Source of the DNA: Patescibacteria group bacterium
GTDB lineage: Bacteria > Patescibacteriota > Minisyncoccia > Phycocordibacterales > GWA1-40-21
Direction: 5' to 3'
DNA length: 48,739 nt
Assembly (NCBI GenBank): GCA_018968925.1
Contig: JAGWZI010000002.1
Location: 1-48,739, forward strand
Shown here piece after piece: positions 1 through 7,683 of this stretch. Numbering within the stretch: position 1 is the first letter of the stretch; each line of letters starts with the position of its first letter. Below the pieces are notes generated by a model. It saw only the letters and a program-made list of their open reading frames with translations. It did not search any database and was not told where the DNA came from. The position numbers were made by a program, and so were the translations under genes.

Positions 1-48
1 CCTCGAGCACGCAGTAAGAAACATTATCACTTTAATCCATCGAACAGT

Positions 49-948
49 ATGAAAACATCACGAAACATCCTTGCGGTCGCGACAGTGTTCGCTCTTGTCG
101 CGCCGTTCGCCGCTTCGGCGCAAATATACGGCGACGTCAACGCAAACATCACGACCTCGGTCGTGAATGCGAGCGCGACGGCGGAATTCCAAGGGTCGTC
201 GAGCACGACACGTGCGGAAATGAGGACCAAGGCCAGTTCGACCCGCGCGGCGAACATGGAAGCGCGCCAGGCGAATATGATGCAGCGGGAAATGACAACC
301 GCCGATACAGAGATCACGAACCGTATCAATTCGCTGAACAACCTGATCGCCAAGGTGAATGCCATGGCGAAAGTCTCGAGCTCGGACAAGGCGAGCATCA
401 CGGCGACGATCCAGGCAGAAATCAACGCGATGACGTCGCTCAAGGCGAAAGTCGATGCCGACACCGGGACGACCACGCTTCGCACCGATCTGAAATCCAT
501 CACCGGCGATTACCGCGTCTACGCGCTCGTCGAGCCGCAGATAGCGATCCTCGCCGCAGCGGACAGGATCAACCAGATCGTTTCGCTCATGACCACAGTT
601 GAAACCAAGATCAACGCGAGGATCGCGGCCCTGCAATCGGCCGGAATCGATGTGTCCGCCTTCGCTTCGACGACCGCCGACATTTCGGCAAAGCTCGGCG
701 ATGCCGGCGTGCAGTCGTCCGCCGCGGTCAGCGCGACCGCATCATTGACTCCTGATCAGGGCAATGCGACCGTCGCCGCTTCCAATGCCGCGGCGCTCAA
801 AACCGGCAGAGCCGACATCAAGGCCGGCAATGCCGACTTGCAGGCTGTGCGAAGAGACATGGAAGCCGCGATCATCGGGATCAGGAAAATCACGCCGCGC
901 GGCGGACTCCACGCGACGACGACCGCATCAACCACGGTCAACCAATAA
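49..948 (+). CDS. Secreted Ala/Thr/Ser-rich, probably alpha-helical protein of unknown function
   Basis: 299-aa ORF with a signal-like N-terminus (MKTSRNILAVATVFALVAPFAASAQ) and a low-complexity helical body. A hairpin terminator follows directly. No family recognised. Confidence 0.6.
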   Translation: MKTSRNILAVATVFALVAPFAASAQIYGDVNANITTSVVNASATAEFQGSSSTTRAEMRTKASSTRAANMEARQANMMQREMTTADTEITNRINSLNNLIAKVNAMAKVSSSDKASITATIQAEINAMTSLKAKVDADTGTTTLRTDLKSITGDYRVYALVEPQIAILAAADRINQIVSLMTTVETKINARIAALQSAGIDVSAFASTTADISAKLGDAGVQSSAAVSATASLTPDQGNATVAASNAAALKTGRADIKAGNADLQAVRRDMEAAIIGIRKITPRGGLHATTTASTTVNQ

Positions 949-972
949 CGGAAAATAAAAAAATATTCCAGC

Positions 973-1001
973 AAAAAAATCCGCTTCCCGCGGATTTTTT
1001 T
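973..1001 (+). terminator. Intrinsic terminator after the secreted protein gene
   Basis: A7-TCCGC / TTCCC loop / GCGGA-T7. The A-run and T-run extend the stem, and the structure lies 25 nt after the stop codon. Confidence 0.6.
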
Positions 1002-1024
1002 GCATGCGCAATGCCGCAACAACA

Positions 1025-1033
1025 TGCTATACT
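1025..1033 (+). promoter_or_regulatory. Extended -10 box (TGCTATACT) 6 nt upstream of the MFS start codon
   Basis: TGcTATACT, then TTTTGC, then ATG at 1040. No Shine-Dalgarno is present, which implies a leaderless mRNA. Confidence 0.45.
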
Positions 1034-1039
1034 TTTTGC

Positions 1040-2209
1040 ATGGAACGCAAACGGGTATTCGGCATTGAACAGGACGTCTTCCTGCTCGGTTTGACGAGCT
1101 TCTTCAACGATTTTTCCTCCGAAATGATCTTGTCGGTCATGCCGGCGTTCTTCATTTCCGTCCTTCGATCGGGCGCGGAATCGCTCGGCATCGTCGAAGG
1201 CATCGCCGAAGCGGCGTCTGACTTCATGAAAATATATTCCGGGAAGCTCGCCGACAGGATCGGCCGGAAGAAGATCTTCGCGGTTATCGGCTATTCGCTC
1301 TCGGTTGCCACCCGGCCGTTCTACCTGCTTGTGCAAAACGTCGGCGGCGTCATCGGCCTGCGCATCACCGACCGCCTCGGCAAAGGTTTGCGCGATTCGC
1401 CGCGCGACGCCCTCATCCGCGCGTCCGTGCCGGCCGGCGAAATGGGGAAATCGTTCGGCTACCACCGCACGATGGATACGATCGGCGCCATCGCGGGACC
1501 GCTTGTCGCGTACCTTGTCCTTCTTCGCAATCCGCACGCTTTCAATACGGTGTTCGTGACCGCATTCGTGATCGGCATTGCCGCCGTGGCAAGCCTTGCG
1601 GTCGTATCAGACGTAAAAATGATCGCCGCAACGCGCGCGGCGGACGCGAAAATCGGCTATCGTATGCCGCGCGGGTTCAAACGCTATCTTGCGGCGCTCT
1701 TTATCTTGTCTGTCGGATCATTGCCGACAGCGGTACTTTTGTTCAAGACCGCCGATCTCGGTCTCATGATCGCCTCCATTCCGCTTTTCTACATGATCTA
1801 TAATGTCTCGTACGCCGTTTTCTCCCTGCCGGCGGGAAGTCTCGGCGACCGGGTCGGCAAGCGGAAGGTGATCTTCGCCGGATATGCGTTCCTGATCGTG
1901 GGCTATCTCGTCTTGACCGTATCGCATACCGTGATGGTGCTTGTCGCCGGATTCCTGCTCGCCGGCATGCAGGCGGCGCTCACCGACGGCACGCAACGGG
2001 CGTACGCGGCTGAGCTCGTCGATGCCGAACATGCGGCAAGCTCGTACGGATATCTGAATGCGGTCATCGGCATCGGCTCGCTCGTATCCGGCATTCTCGG
2101 CGGTTACCTCTGGCAACATGCGGGAGATAACGAAACGCTCGTCATCGCGGCGCTCGTCATCGCGGCTGGTCTTGCCGCATTCGCCGTGATAAAACCCCGC
2201 ACCGCATAA
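1040..2209 (+). CDS. MFS-family transporter
   Basis: About 12 hydrophobic segments and a loop motif GKLADRIGRKK typical of MFS TM2-3. I chose the ATG at 1040 (in frame with the track ORF at 1004) because 1004 abuts the upstream terminator. Confidence 0.8.
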   Translation: MERKRVFGIEQDVFLLGLTSFFNDFSSEMILSVMPAFFISVLRSGAESLGIVEGIAEAASDFMKIYSGKLADRIGRKKIFAVIGYSLSVATRPFYLLVQNVGGVIGLRITDRLGKGLRDSPRDALIRASVPAGEMGKSFGYHRTMDTIGAIAGPLVAYLVLLRNPHAFNTVFVTAFVIGIAAVASLAVVSDVKMIAATRAADAKIGYRMPRGFKRYLAALFILSVGSLPTAVLLFKTADLGLMIASIPLFYMIYNVSYAVFSLPAGSLGDRVGKRKVIFAGYAFLIVGYLVLTVSHTVMVLVAGFLLAGMQAALTDGTQRAYAAELVDAEHAASSYGYLNAVIGIGSLVSGILGGYLWQHAGDNETLVIAALVIAAGLAAFAVIKPRTA

Positions 2210-2240
2210 GGCGCGATTTCGTATTATTTCGATACGGCAC

Positions 2241-2846
2241 ATGCACGACATGCTCCCATACACCGACGAAGAACTCGTCATCAGATACCGGGAAGGAAAC
2301 GATGAAGCGTTCACCGCGCTCGTCGACCGCTACCTGAAGCCGGCGTACAATTTCAGCATCCGCCTCGGCGCGCCGGCGCGGGATGCCGAGGAAATCGTGC
2401 AGGAAAGCTTCGTCAAGCTCTGGAAAAACATCGATTCGTTCCGTGCAGGCGAAAAATTCAAGACATGGTTCTATACGATCGTGCGCAACGCGACGATCGA
2501 TGTGATGCGACGGAAACGGCATGTCCTGCTGTCCGCCTTCGAAGACGAGGAAGGGAATAATCCCGTCGCGGAACGTCTCGTTGACGAGGAAAAGCTCGCG
2601 CACGAGATCTTCGAATCGGCGGAAAACGCCGCGGCAGTCGAACAGCTCGTCGGCGAATTGCCGGACAAATACCGCGCCGTCGTCGTCCTGCGGTATCGCG
2701 AAGAAATGGAATTCGAGGAGATCGGCAAGATCCTGAAAAAACCGCTCAACACGGTCAAAAGCCAGCATCGCCGGGCGCTGATCGCTTTGCGGAAAAAGAT
2801 GAGCGATGCACCGAAAAACCGGCGACCGACGTATGAACCGTCATGA
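2241..2846 (+). CDS. ECF-type RNA polymerase sigma-70 family factor
   Basis: Region 2 (EEIVQESFVKLWKNIDSF, TWFYTIVRNATIDVMRRKR) and region 4 (VVVLRYREEMEFEEIGKILKKPLNTVKSQHRRAL) are both recognisable. Confidence 0.85.
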   Translation: MHDMLPYTDEELVIRYREGNDEAFTALVDRYLKPAYNFSIRLGAPARDAEEIVQESFVKLWKNIDSFRAGEKFKTWFYTIVRNATIDVMRRKRHVLLSAFEDEEGNNPVAERLVDEEKLAHEIFESAENAAAVEQLVGELPDKYRAVVVLRYREEMEFEEIGKILKKPLNTVKSQHRRALIALRKKMSDAPKNRRPTYEPS

Positions 2847-3223
2847 ACAATGCTGCCTGGCATGATATCGATCCGCCCGCAGGGTTGAAAAGTCTCGTGA
2901 TCGCCCGCGTCGACGCCGCGATCATACGGCGGAACGCGACACGGAAATTCGTCGGCATCGGCACGTTCGTTGCGTCCTTTGCCGCGCTTTCGTACTGTAT
3001 CGTCATCCTTATCCAAGAAATCGGGAAATCCGGATTCTCGACATACGCATCGCTCGCTTTCACGGACAGCAAGCTTGTCCTCGCGAATTTTGGCCAGTTC
3101 GCGCTTTCGCTCGCCGACTCTTTGCCCGTAGCCGCTTTGACGCTCGCTCTTGCCGCATTTCTTGCCGTTCTCGCCGCCGCCAGGTACCTGGCGAACAGCA
3201 AAACGGTCATACAATACGCATAA
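2843..3223 (+). CDS. Putative membrane-anchored anti-sigma factor
   Basis: Its start overlaps the sigma gene stop (ATGA). It is a 126-aa protein with two hydrophobic segments. The assignment rests on position only. Confidence 0.5.
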   Translation: MNNAAWHDIDPPAGLKSLVIARVDAAIIRRNATRKFVGIGTFVASFAALSYCIVILIQEIGKSGFSTYASLAFTDSKLVLANFGQFALSLADSLPVAALTLALAAFLAVLAAARYLANSKTVIQYA

Positions 3224-3251
3224 TTATTCGTCATACATAATTGCACATGCC

Positions 3252-3716
3252 ATGGAAGAATTGAAGAATATCGTCCGGTCGCGAGCGTTCAAGACAACCC
3301 TGTTTGCGATCTTCGGCATCATCGTCGTCATGATCGCATTTCAGGCGGGCGTGTATGTCGGGACGGAACGGGCGGGATTCGCCGACAGGATCGGCGAGCG
3401 CTATTTCCGCACGCTCGAAGGAAGGAATATGGGCGTCATGATGACCGGTAATTTCGACAACGCGCACGGCACCGCGGGAACGGTCGTCTCGGTCAAATTA
3501 CCATTCGCCGTCATCAATGATCGCTCGGGCATTGAAAAGACGGTCGAAATATCAAGCTCGACCGCCATTCGCGACGCCGACGGAGACGAAGCGGCGAGCG
3601 CCGTCGCGGTCGGCGATTTTATTGTCGCCTTCGGCTCGCCGGCGTCGGCATCGTCGTCCGATGCGGTGCTTGTCGCGCGCCTCATCCGCATCCTGCCGCC
3701 TCCGCCCGCGAATTAA
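3252..3716 (+). CDS. Single-pass membrane protein, unknown function
   Basis: The in-frame ATG at 3252 gives MEELKNIVRSRAFKTTLFAIFGIIVVMIAF (N-terminal TM). The C-terminus is Ala/Ser-rich and ends in PPPP. Confidence 0.55.
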   Translation: MEELKNIVRSRAFKTTLFAIFGIIVVMIAFQAGVYVGTERAGFADRIGERYFRTLEGRNMGVMMTGNFDNAHGTAGTVVSVKLPFAVINDRSGIEKTVEISSSTAIRDADGDEAASAVAVGDFIVAFGSPASASSSDAVLVARLIRILPPPPAN

Positions 3717-3742
3717 TCCACATAAATCACTTTTGAAAAAAT

Positions 3743-5707
3743 ATGAATACCGCCGCTTCCGCCAAGCCTGAGACTCGCTGGCAAAAAATGAGAAATTTCG
3801 CATCGGCCCATAAACCGCTCACGATCGTCTCGTGCATCGTCGTCGTGTTCATCGCCGCGGCGGTCGTCGGCAGGGGAGGATCGGCAAGCGCCACAACGTA
3901 CGCCTTCGGACGCGTCACGCGCGGCGACCTTGCGGTGACGGTATCGGGTTCGGGACAGGTCTCCACGCTGAGCCAGGTCTCCATCAAACCGCAAACGGTC
4001 GGCCAAGCGCAGACGCTCGGCCAAATCGTTTCGGTCAACGTGAAGAACGGCGACTTCGTGAAAAAAGGTCAGGTCATCGCGGTGCTCGACGGACAGAATG
4101 CCTTGCAAACGTTAAACCAAGCAAAGGCGTCCGTCGAAAGCGCGCAGGCAAGCTATAACAAGCTCGTCAACGGCCCGACGGCGTCCGAATTGCAATCGTT
4201 CCAAAACAACGTCCAATCGGATGAGACGGCGCTTGTGAACGATGCGCAAAATGCGATCATCCTTCTCGAGAGCACCTACGCGTCGATCGCGAACTCGGTC
4301 TTCATCAACACCGACCCTTTCTACGAAAACGTGACCGGCGTCAATCCGGCGCTCGATGTCTCAGGCGTCAATTTCACGAATCAGACGCTTCAGCATGCGG
4401 TCGAAAGCGAACGCGGAGCGCTCGGAGCAGCCCTTTCCGCATGGGACGCAGAAGTGAATACAGCGGCAAGCTCGACGCAAGACGCCGCATCATCGACCGA
4501 AATCCTGCTGTCCGACTCGCTCAGCTACCTCAATCAGATCCGGCAGTATTTTGACGACATGACGTCGCTCTTCTCGCTCTATGCGGTCGCAGACGGATCG
4601 TCCGGAGCTTCGACCCTCTCGTTGGACAAATCAGCCGCGACCGCCGCGCTTTCGGGTGTCAATTCGTCCATCAGTTCGATCACGTCGTCGCTCCAGTCGT
4701 ACCAGAATGCCGTGACCAAGCTTGCGAACGATCAGCAATCCCTCGCATTCGAGACCGCACCGGCGAATCCCGACGATGTGACCGTATCGAAATCCCAGCT
4801 CGACAATGCGACGGCAAACCTCGCGAACGCCGAAACAAATTACGCTTCGCGCATCATCACCGCGCCGTTCGACGGGCAGATCGGGGGGCTCAACGCCCAG
4901 ATCGGCCAGCAGGTCTCGTCGTCCGATTCGCTCGGCACGCTCATCACCGCCGCGCAGGTCGTAAACGTAACGCTCAACGAAGTCGATGCGGCAAAAGTCG
5001 CGGGCGGTGATCCGGTCACCGTCACGTTCGATGCCGTGCCGAACCTGACCATCCAGGGCCACGTCAACTATGTCGATCCGCTCGGCACCGTCTCGCAAGG
5101 CGTTGTGAGCTACGGCGTCCAGGTTTCGCTCGACGAGCAATCAGGCGCGATCAAGACCGGCATGACGGCAACGGCAAACATCACCGTAGCCGATCATCCC
5201 GGAGCGCTCATGGTGCCGACGTCCGCCGTCAAGACGTCCGGCAATACGACGTACGTCCTCGTGGCGGATATCTCGACATCGAGCCTTCGCAGCATGCTCG
5301 GATTCGGCTCGTCGACGCGCGCATTCTCCTCATCGACATTCCAGGGTTTCCGCAATTCCTCTTCGACTTTCGCTTCAACGAGCGGCGGCTTTCCGGCAAG
5401 CTCGACACGGATGCGCGGCACGGGCGGCATGAACGCATCTATCGAGTTTCCGGCCGGTTCCGAACCGCAGGTCACGGAAGTGCCGGTGACGATCGGCATT
5501 GCGAATGCGACGGAAACTGAAATCCTGTCCGGTCTGTCCGAAGGACAGCTCGTCGTCACGCGGACGCTGACCGGCTCGGCGGTTTCGACTGCAAAATCCG
5601 CAGCGACGCAGGCGACGAGCCGCAATTTCGGCGGCGCGGGAGGCGCGATCCGCATCGGCGGAGGCTTCGGCGGCGGCGCGGTCGGCGCATTCACCGGCGG
5701 GCGGTAA
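3743..5707 (+). CDS. HlyD/MacA-like periplasmic adaptor (membrane fusion protein), unusually long
   Basis: N-terminal TM, a lipoyl-like motif (GDFVKKGQVIAVLD ... ITAPFDGQIGGLNAQIGQQV), a very long helical insert, and a Gly-rich C-terminal tail. It lies immediately upstream of the ABC ATPase and FtsX permease genes. Confidence 0.75.
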   Translation: MNTAASAKPETRWQKMRNFASAHKPLTIVSCIVVVFIAAAVVGRGGSASATTYAFGRVTRGDLAVTVSGSGQVSTLSQVSIKPQTVGQAQTLGQIVSVNVKNGDFVKKGQVIAVLDGQNALQTLNQAKASVESAQASYNKLVNGPTASELQSFQNNVQSDETALVNDAQNAIILLESTYASIANSVFINTDPFYENVTGVNPALDVSGVNFTNQTLQHAVESERGALGAALSAWDAEVNTAASSTQDAASSTEILLSDSLSYLNQIRQYFDDMTSLFSLYAVADGSSGASTLSLDKSAATAALSGVNSSISSITSSLQSYQNAVTKLANDQQSLAFETAPANPDDVTVSKSQLDNATANLANAETNYASRIITAPFDGQIGGLNAQIGQQVSSSDSLGTLITAAQVVNVTLNEVDAAKVAGGDPVTVTFDAVPNLTIQGHVNYVDPLGTVSQGVVSYGVQVSLDEQSGAIKTGMTATANITVADHPGALMVPTSAVKTSGNTTYVLVADISTSSLRSMLGFGSSTRAFSSSTFQGFRNSSSTFASTSGGFPASSTRMRGTGGMNASIEFPAGSEPQVTEVPVTIGIANATETEILSGLSEGQLVVTRTLTGSAVSTAKSAATQATSRNFGGAGGAIRIGGGFGGGAVGAFTGGR

Positions 5708-5713
5708 ACGAGC

Positions 5714-6421
5714 ATGATCGAGATCAAAAACATCACAAAAACGTACGTCAACGGCGATTCCGAGACGCACGCGCTCCGCGGCGTAACGTTTACCATCGCG
5801 GACGGCGAATTCGTCGCCATCATGGGCCCGTCCGGTTCGGGTAAATCGACCCTGATGCACATTCTGGGCGCCCTCGATACGCCGACGTCCGGCACGTATT
5901 TTCTCGATCGGCATGACGTCTCCAAGCTTTCCGACGACGAGCTTGCCGACATCCGCGGCAAGAAGATCGGTTTCGTCTTTCAGCAATTCAACCTTTTGAA
6001 ACGCACGACGGTACTGCGCAATGTCGTCTTGCCGCTCGTCTATCAGCACGTGCCGCCCGCGGAACGCGAAGTGCAGGCGGAAAAATCGCTTCGATCGGCC
6101 GGCCTCGAGGAAGATCGCTGGACGCACCTGTCGAACCAGCTCTCCGGCGGCCAGATCCAGCGCGTCGCCATCGCCCGCGCGCTCGTCAACGATCCGTCGC
6201 TCATCATGGCCGACGAACCGACCGGCAACCTCGATACGCGCACGGGCGAAATCGTCCTCGGCACGTTCCAGGAACTGAACAAGAAAGAAGGCCACACGAT
6301 CGTCCTTATCACCCACGAACAGGATGTCGCCGAACACGCCGACCGCATCATCCACATCCGCGACGGGCTCATCGTCTCCGACAGCGCAAACCATACGAAA
6401 CGCATCGCCAAAACAAGCTAA
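5714..6421 (+). CDS. ABC transporter ATP-binding protein (MacB/LolD-type)
   Basis: Walker A GPSGSGKST, signature LSGGQIQRVAIARAL, Walker B LIMADEPTGNLD. Confidence 0.92.
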   Translation: MIEIKNITKTYVNGDSETHALRGVTFTIADGEFVAIMGPSGSGKSTLMHILGALDTPTSGTYFLDRHDVSKLSDDELADIRGKKIGFVFQQFNLLKRTTVLRNVVLPLVYQHVPPAEREVQAEKSLRSAGLEEDRWTHLSNQLSGGQIQRVAIARALVNDPSLIMADEPTGNLDTRTGEIVLGTFQELNKKEGHTIVLITHEQDVAEHADRIIHIRDGLIVSDSANHTKRIAKTS

Positions 6422-6425
6422 TCCC

Positions 6426-7652
6426 ATGACATTCTCCGATCTCAGCCATGAAACCGCATCGGCGCTTCTCGCGAACAAGGTGAGAACCGCGCTTACCATG
6501 CTCGGCATCGTCATCGGCATCGCGTCCGTCATCGCCATGCTCGCCATCGGCACGGGCGCGTCGGCATCGATCCAGTCGTCCATCCAATCGATCGGCTCGA
6601 ATCTCGTCATTGTCACGCCGGCTGCCCAGCGGAACGCGGGCAGCATCGTGTCGACCGGCAGGGGAACGGCAAATTCCCTTACCATGGACGATGCGAACGC
6701 GATCGCAAGCGATGTGACAAGCGCGAAAGCCGTCGCACCCGACGTCACGACGCGCGGCAAACAGGTCGTGGCCGGCGGCAATAACACCAATACGACGGTC
6801 ATCGGCACCGTGCCGGCATATCTCGATGTGCGCAATTTTTCCGTCAACGACGGCTCGTTTTTCACCGACGCCGACGTGACCGAACTGTCCCGCGTTGCCA
6901 TCCTCGGTCCGACGACCGCGAGCGATCTCTTTGCCACGGGCACCGAGCCCGTGGGGCAGACGGTCCGCATCGCGGGCAACATCTTCACCGTCATCGGCGT
7001 CATGAAATCGAAAGGCGGCTCGGGCTTCAACAATCCGGACGATGCCGTTTACATTCCGATCACCGTCGCCCAGCAGTATCTCTCCGGCAACCGTTACGTT
7101 TCGGAAATCAGCATCGAGGCGGCATCGCCCGACCTCGTCACCGACGCCCAGAACCAGGCGACGTCGCTCCTGTTGGCGCGGCATAACATTTCCGATCCGA
7201 CGCAGGCAGATTTCAGCACCATCAACCAGTCGGATATTCTTTCGACCGCGTCATCCGTCACCTCCACCCTCACGTATCTGCTTGCCGCGATCGCCGGCAT
7301 CTCGCTTCTCGTCGGCGGCATCGGCATCATGAACATGATGCTGACCACCGTCACGGAACGCACGAAAGAGATCGGCCTGCGCAAAGCGATCGGCGCGAAA
7401 AAACGCGATATCCGTCTCCAGTTCCTCTTTGAATCCGTCGCCATGACGACGATCGGCGGAGTCGTCGGCATCGTTTTGGGCATTGGCATCGCATTCGCTC
7501 TCTCGCTCACCGGCGCTGTCAAGGCGGAAGTGACGGTCTTTCCGATCATCCTGTCTTTCAGCGTTTCGGCGATCATCGGCATCGCCTTCGGCTACTATCC
7601 GGCCGCCCGCGCATCGGATCTGAATCCGATCGACGCCTTGCGGTACGAATAG
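6426..7652 (+). CDS. ABC transporter permease, FtsX/MacB family
   Basis: An N-terminal TM, then a large extracytoplasmic domain, then three C-terminal TMs with the TERTKEIGLRKAIGA motif. The ATG at 6426 lies 5 nt after the ATPase stop. Confidence 0.88.
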   Translation: MTFSDLSHETASALLANKVRTALTMLGIVIGIASVIAMLAIGTGASASIQSSIQSIGSNLVIVTPAAQRNAGSIVSTGRGTANSLTMDDANAIASDVTSAKAVAPDVTTRGKQVVAGGNNTNTTVIGTVPAYLDVRNFSVNDGSFFTDADVTELSRVAILGPTTASDLFATGTEPVGQTVRIAGNIFTVIGVMKSKGGSGFNNPDDAVYIPITVAQQYLSGNRYVSEISIEAASPDLVTDAQNQATSLLLARHNISDPTQADFSTINQSDILSTASSVTSTLTYLLAAIAGISLLVGGIGIMNMMLTTVTERTKEIGLRKAIGAKKRDIRLQFLFESVAMTTIGGVVGIVLGIGIAFALSLTGAVKAEVTVFPIILSFSVSAIIGIAFGYYPAARASDLNPIDALRYE

Positions 7653-7668
7653 GCAAATATTTTCATAA

Positions 7669-7677
7669 TGTTAGAAT
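7669..7677 (+). promoter_or_regulatory. Extended -10 box (TGTTAGAAT) 6 nt upstream of the helicase ATG
   Basis: TGtTAGAAT, then GTCGTC, then ATG at 7684. No SD. Confidence 0.45.
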
Positions 7678-7683
7678 GTCGTC

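Noticed and set aside
5375-7033. 552-aa minus-strand ORF antisense to the ABC ATPase and permease genes. Similar long antisense ORFs occur at 16191-17210, 24630-25856, 26918-28000, 31852-33909, 36641-38563, 40832-41899 and 45352-46527.
   Set aside because: They lie opposite strongly recognisable genes (macB-like, ctpA, murG, mraY, aspS/scpA, dnaK, rpoA and others). Their products are Arg/Asp/Gly/His-rich low-complexity sequences, which are typical of stop-codon-poor antisense frames in high-GC DNA. No motifs were found.
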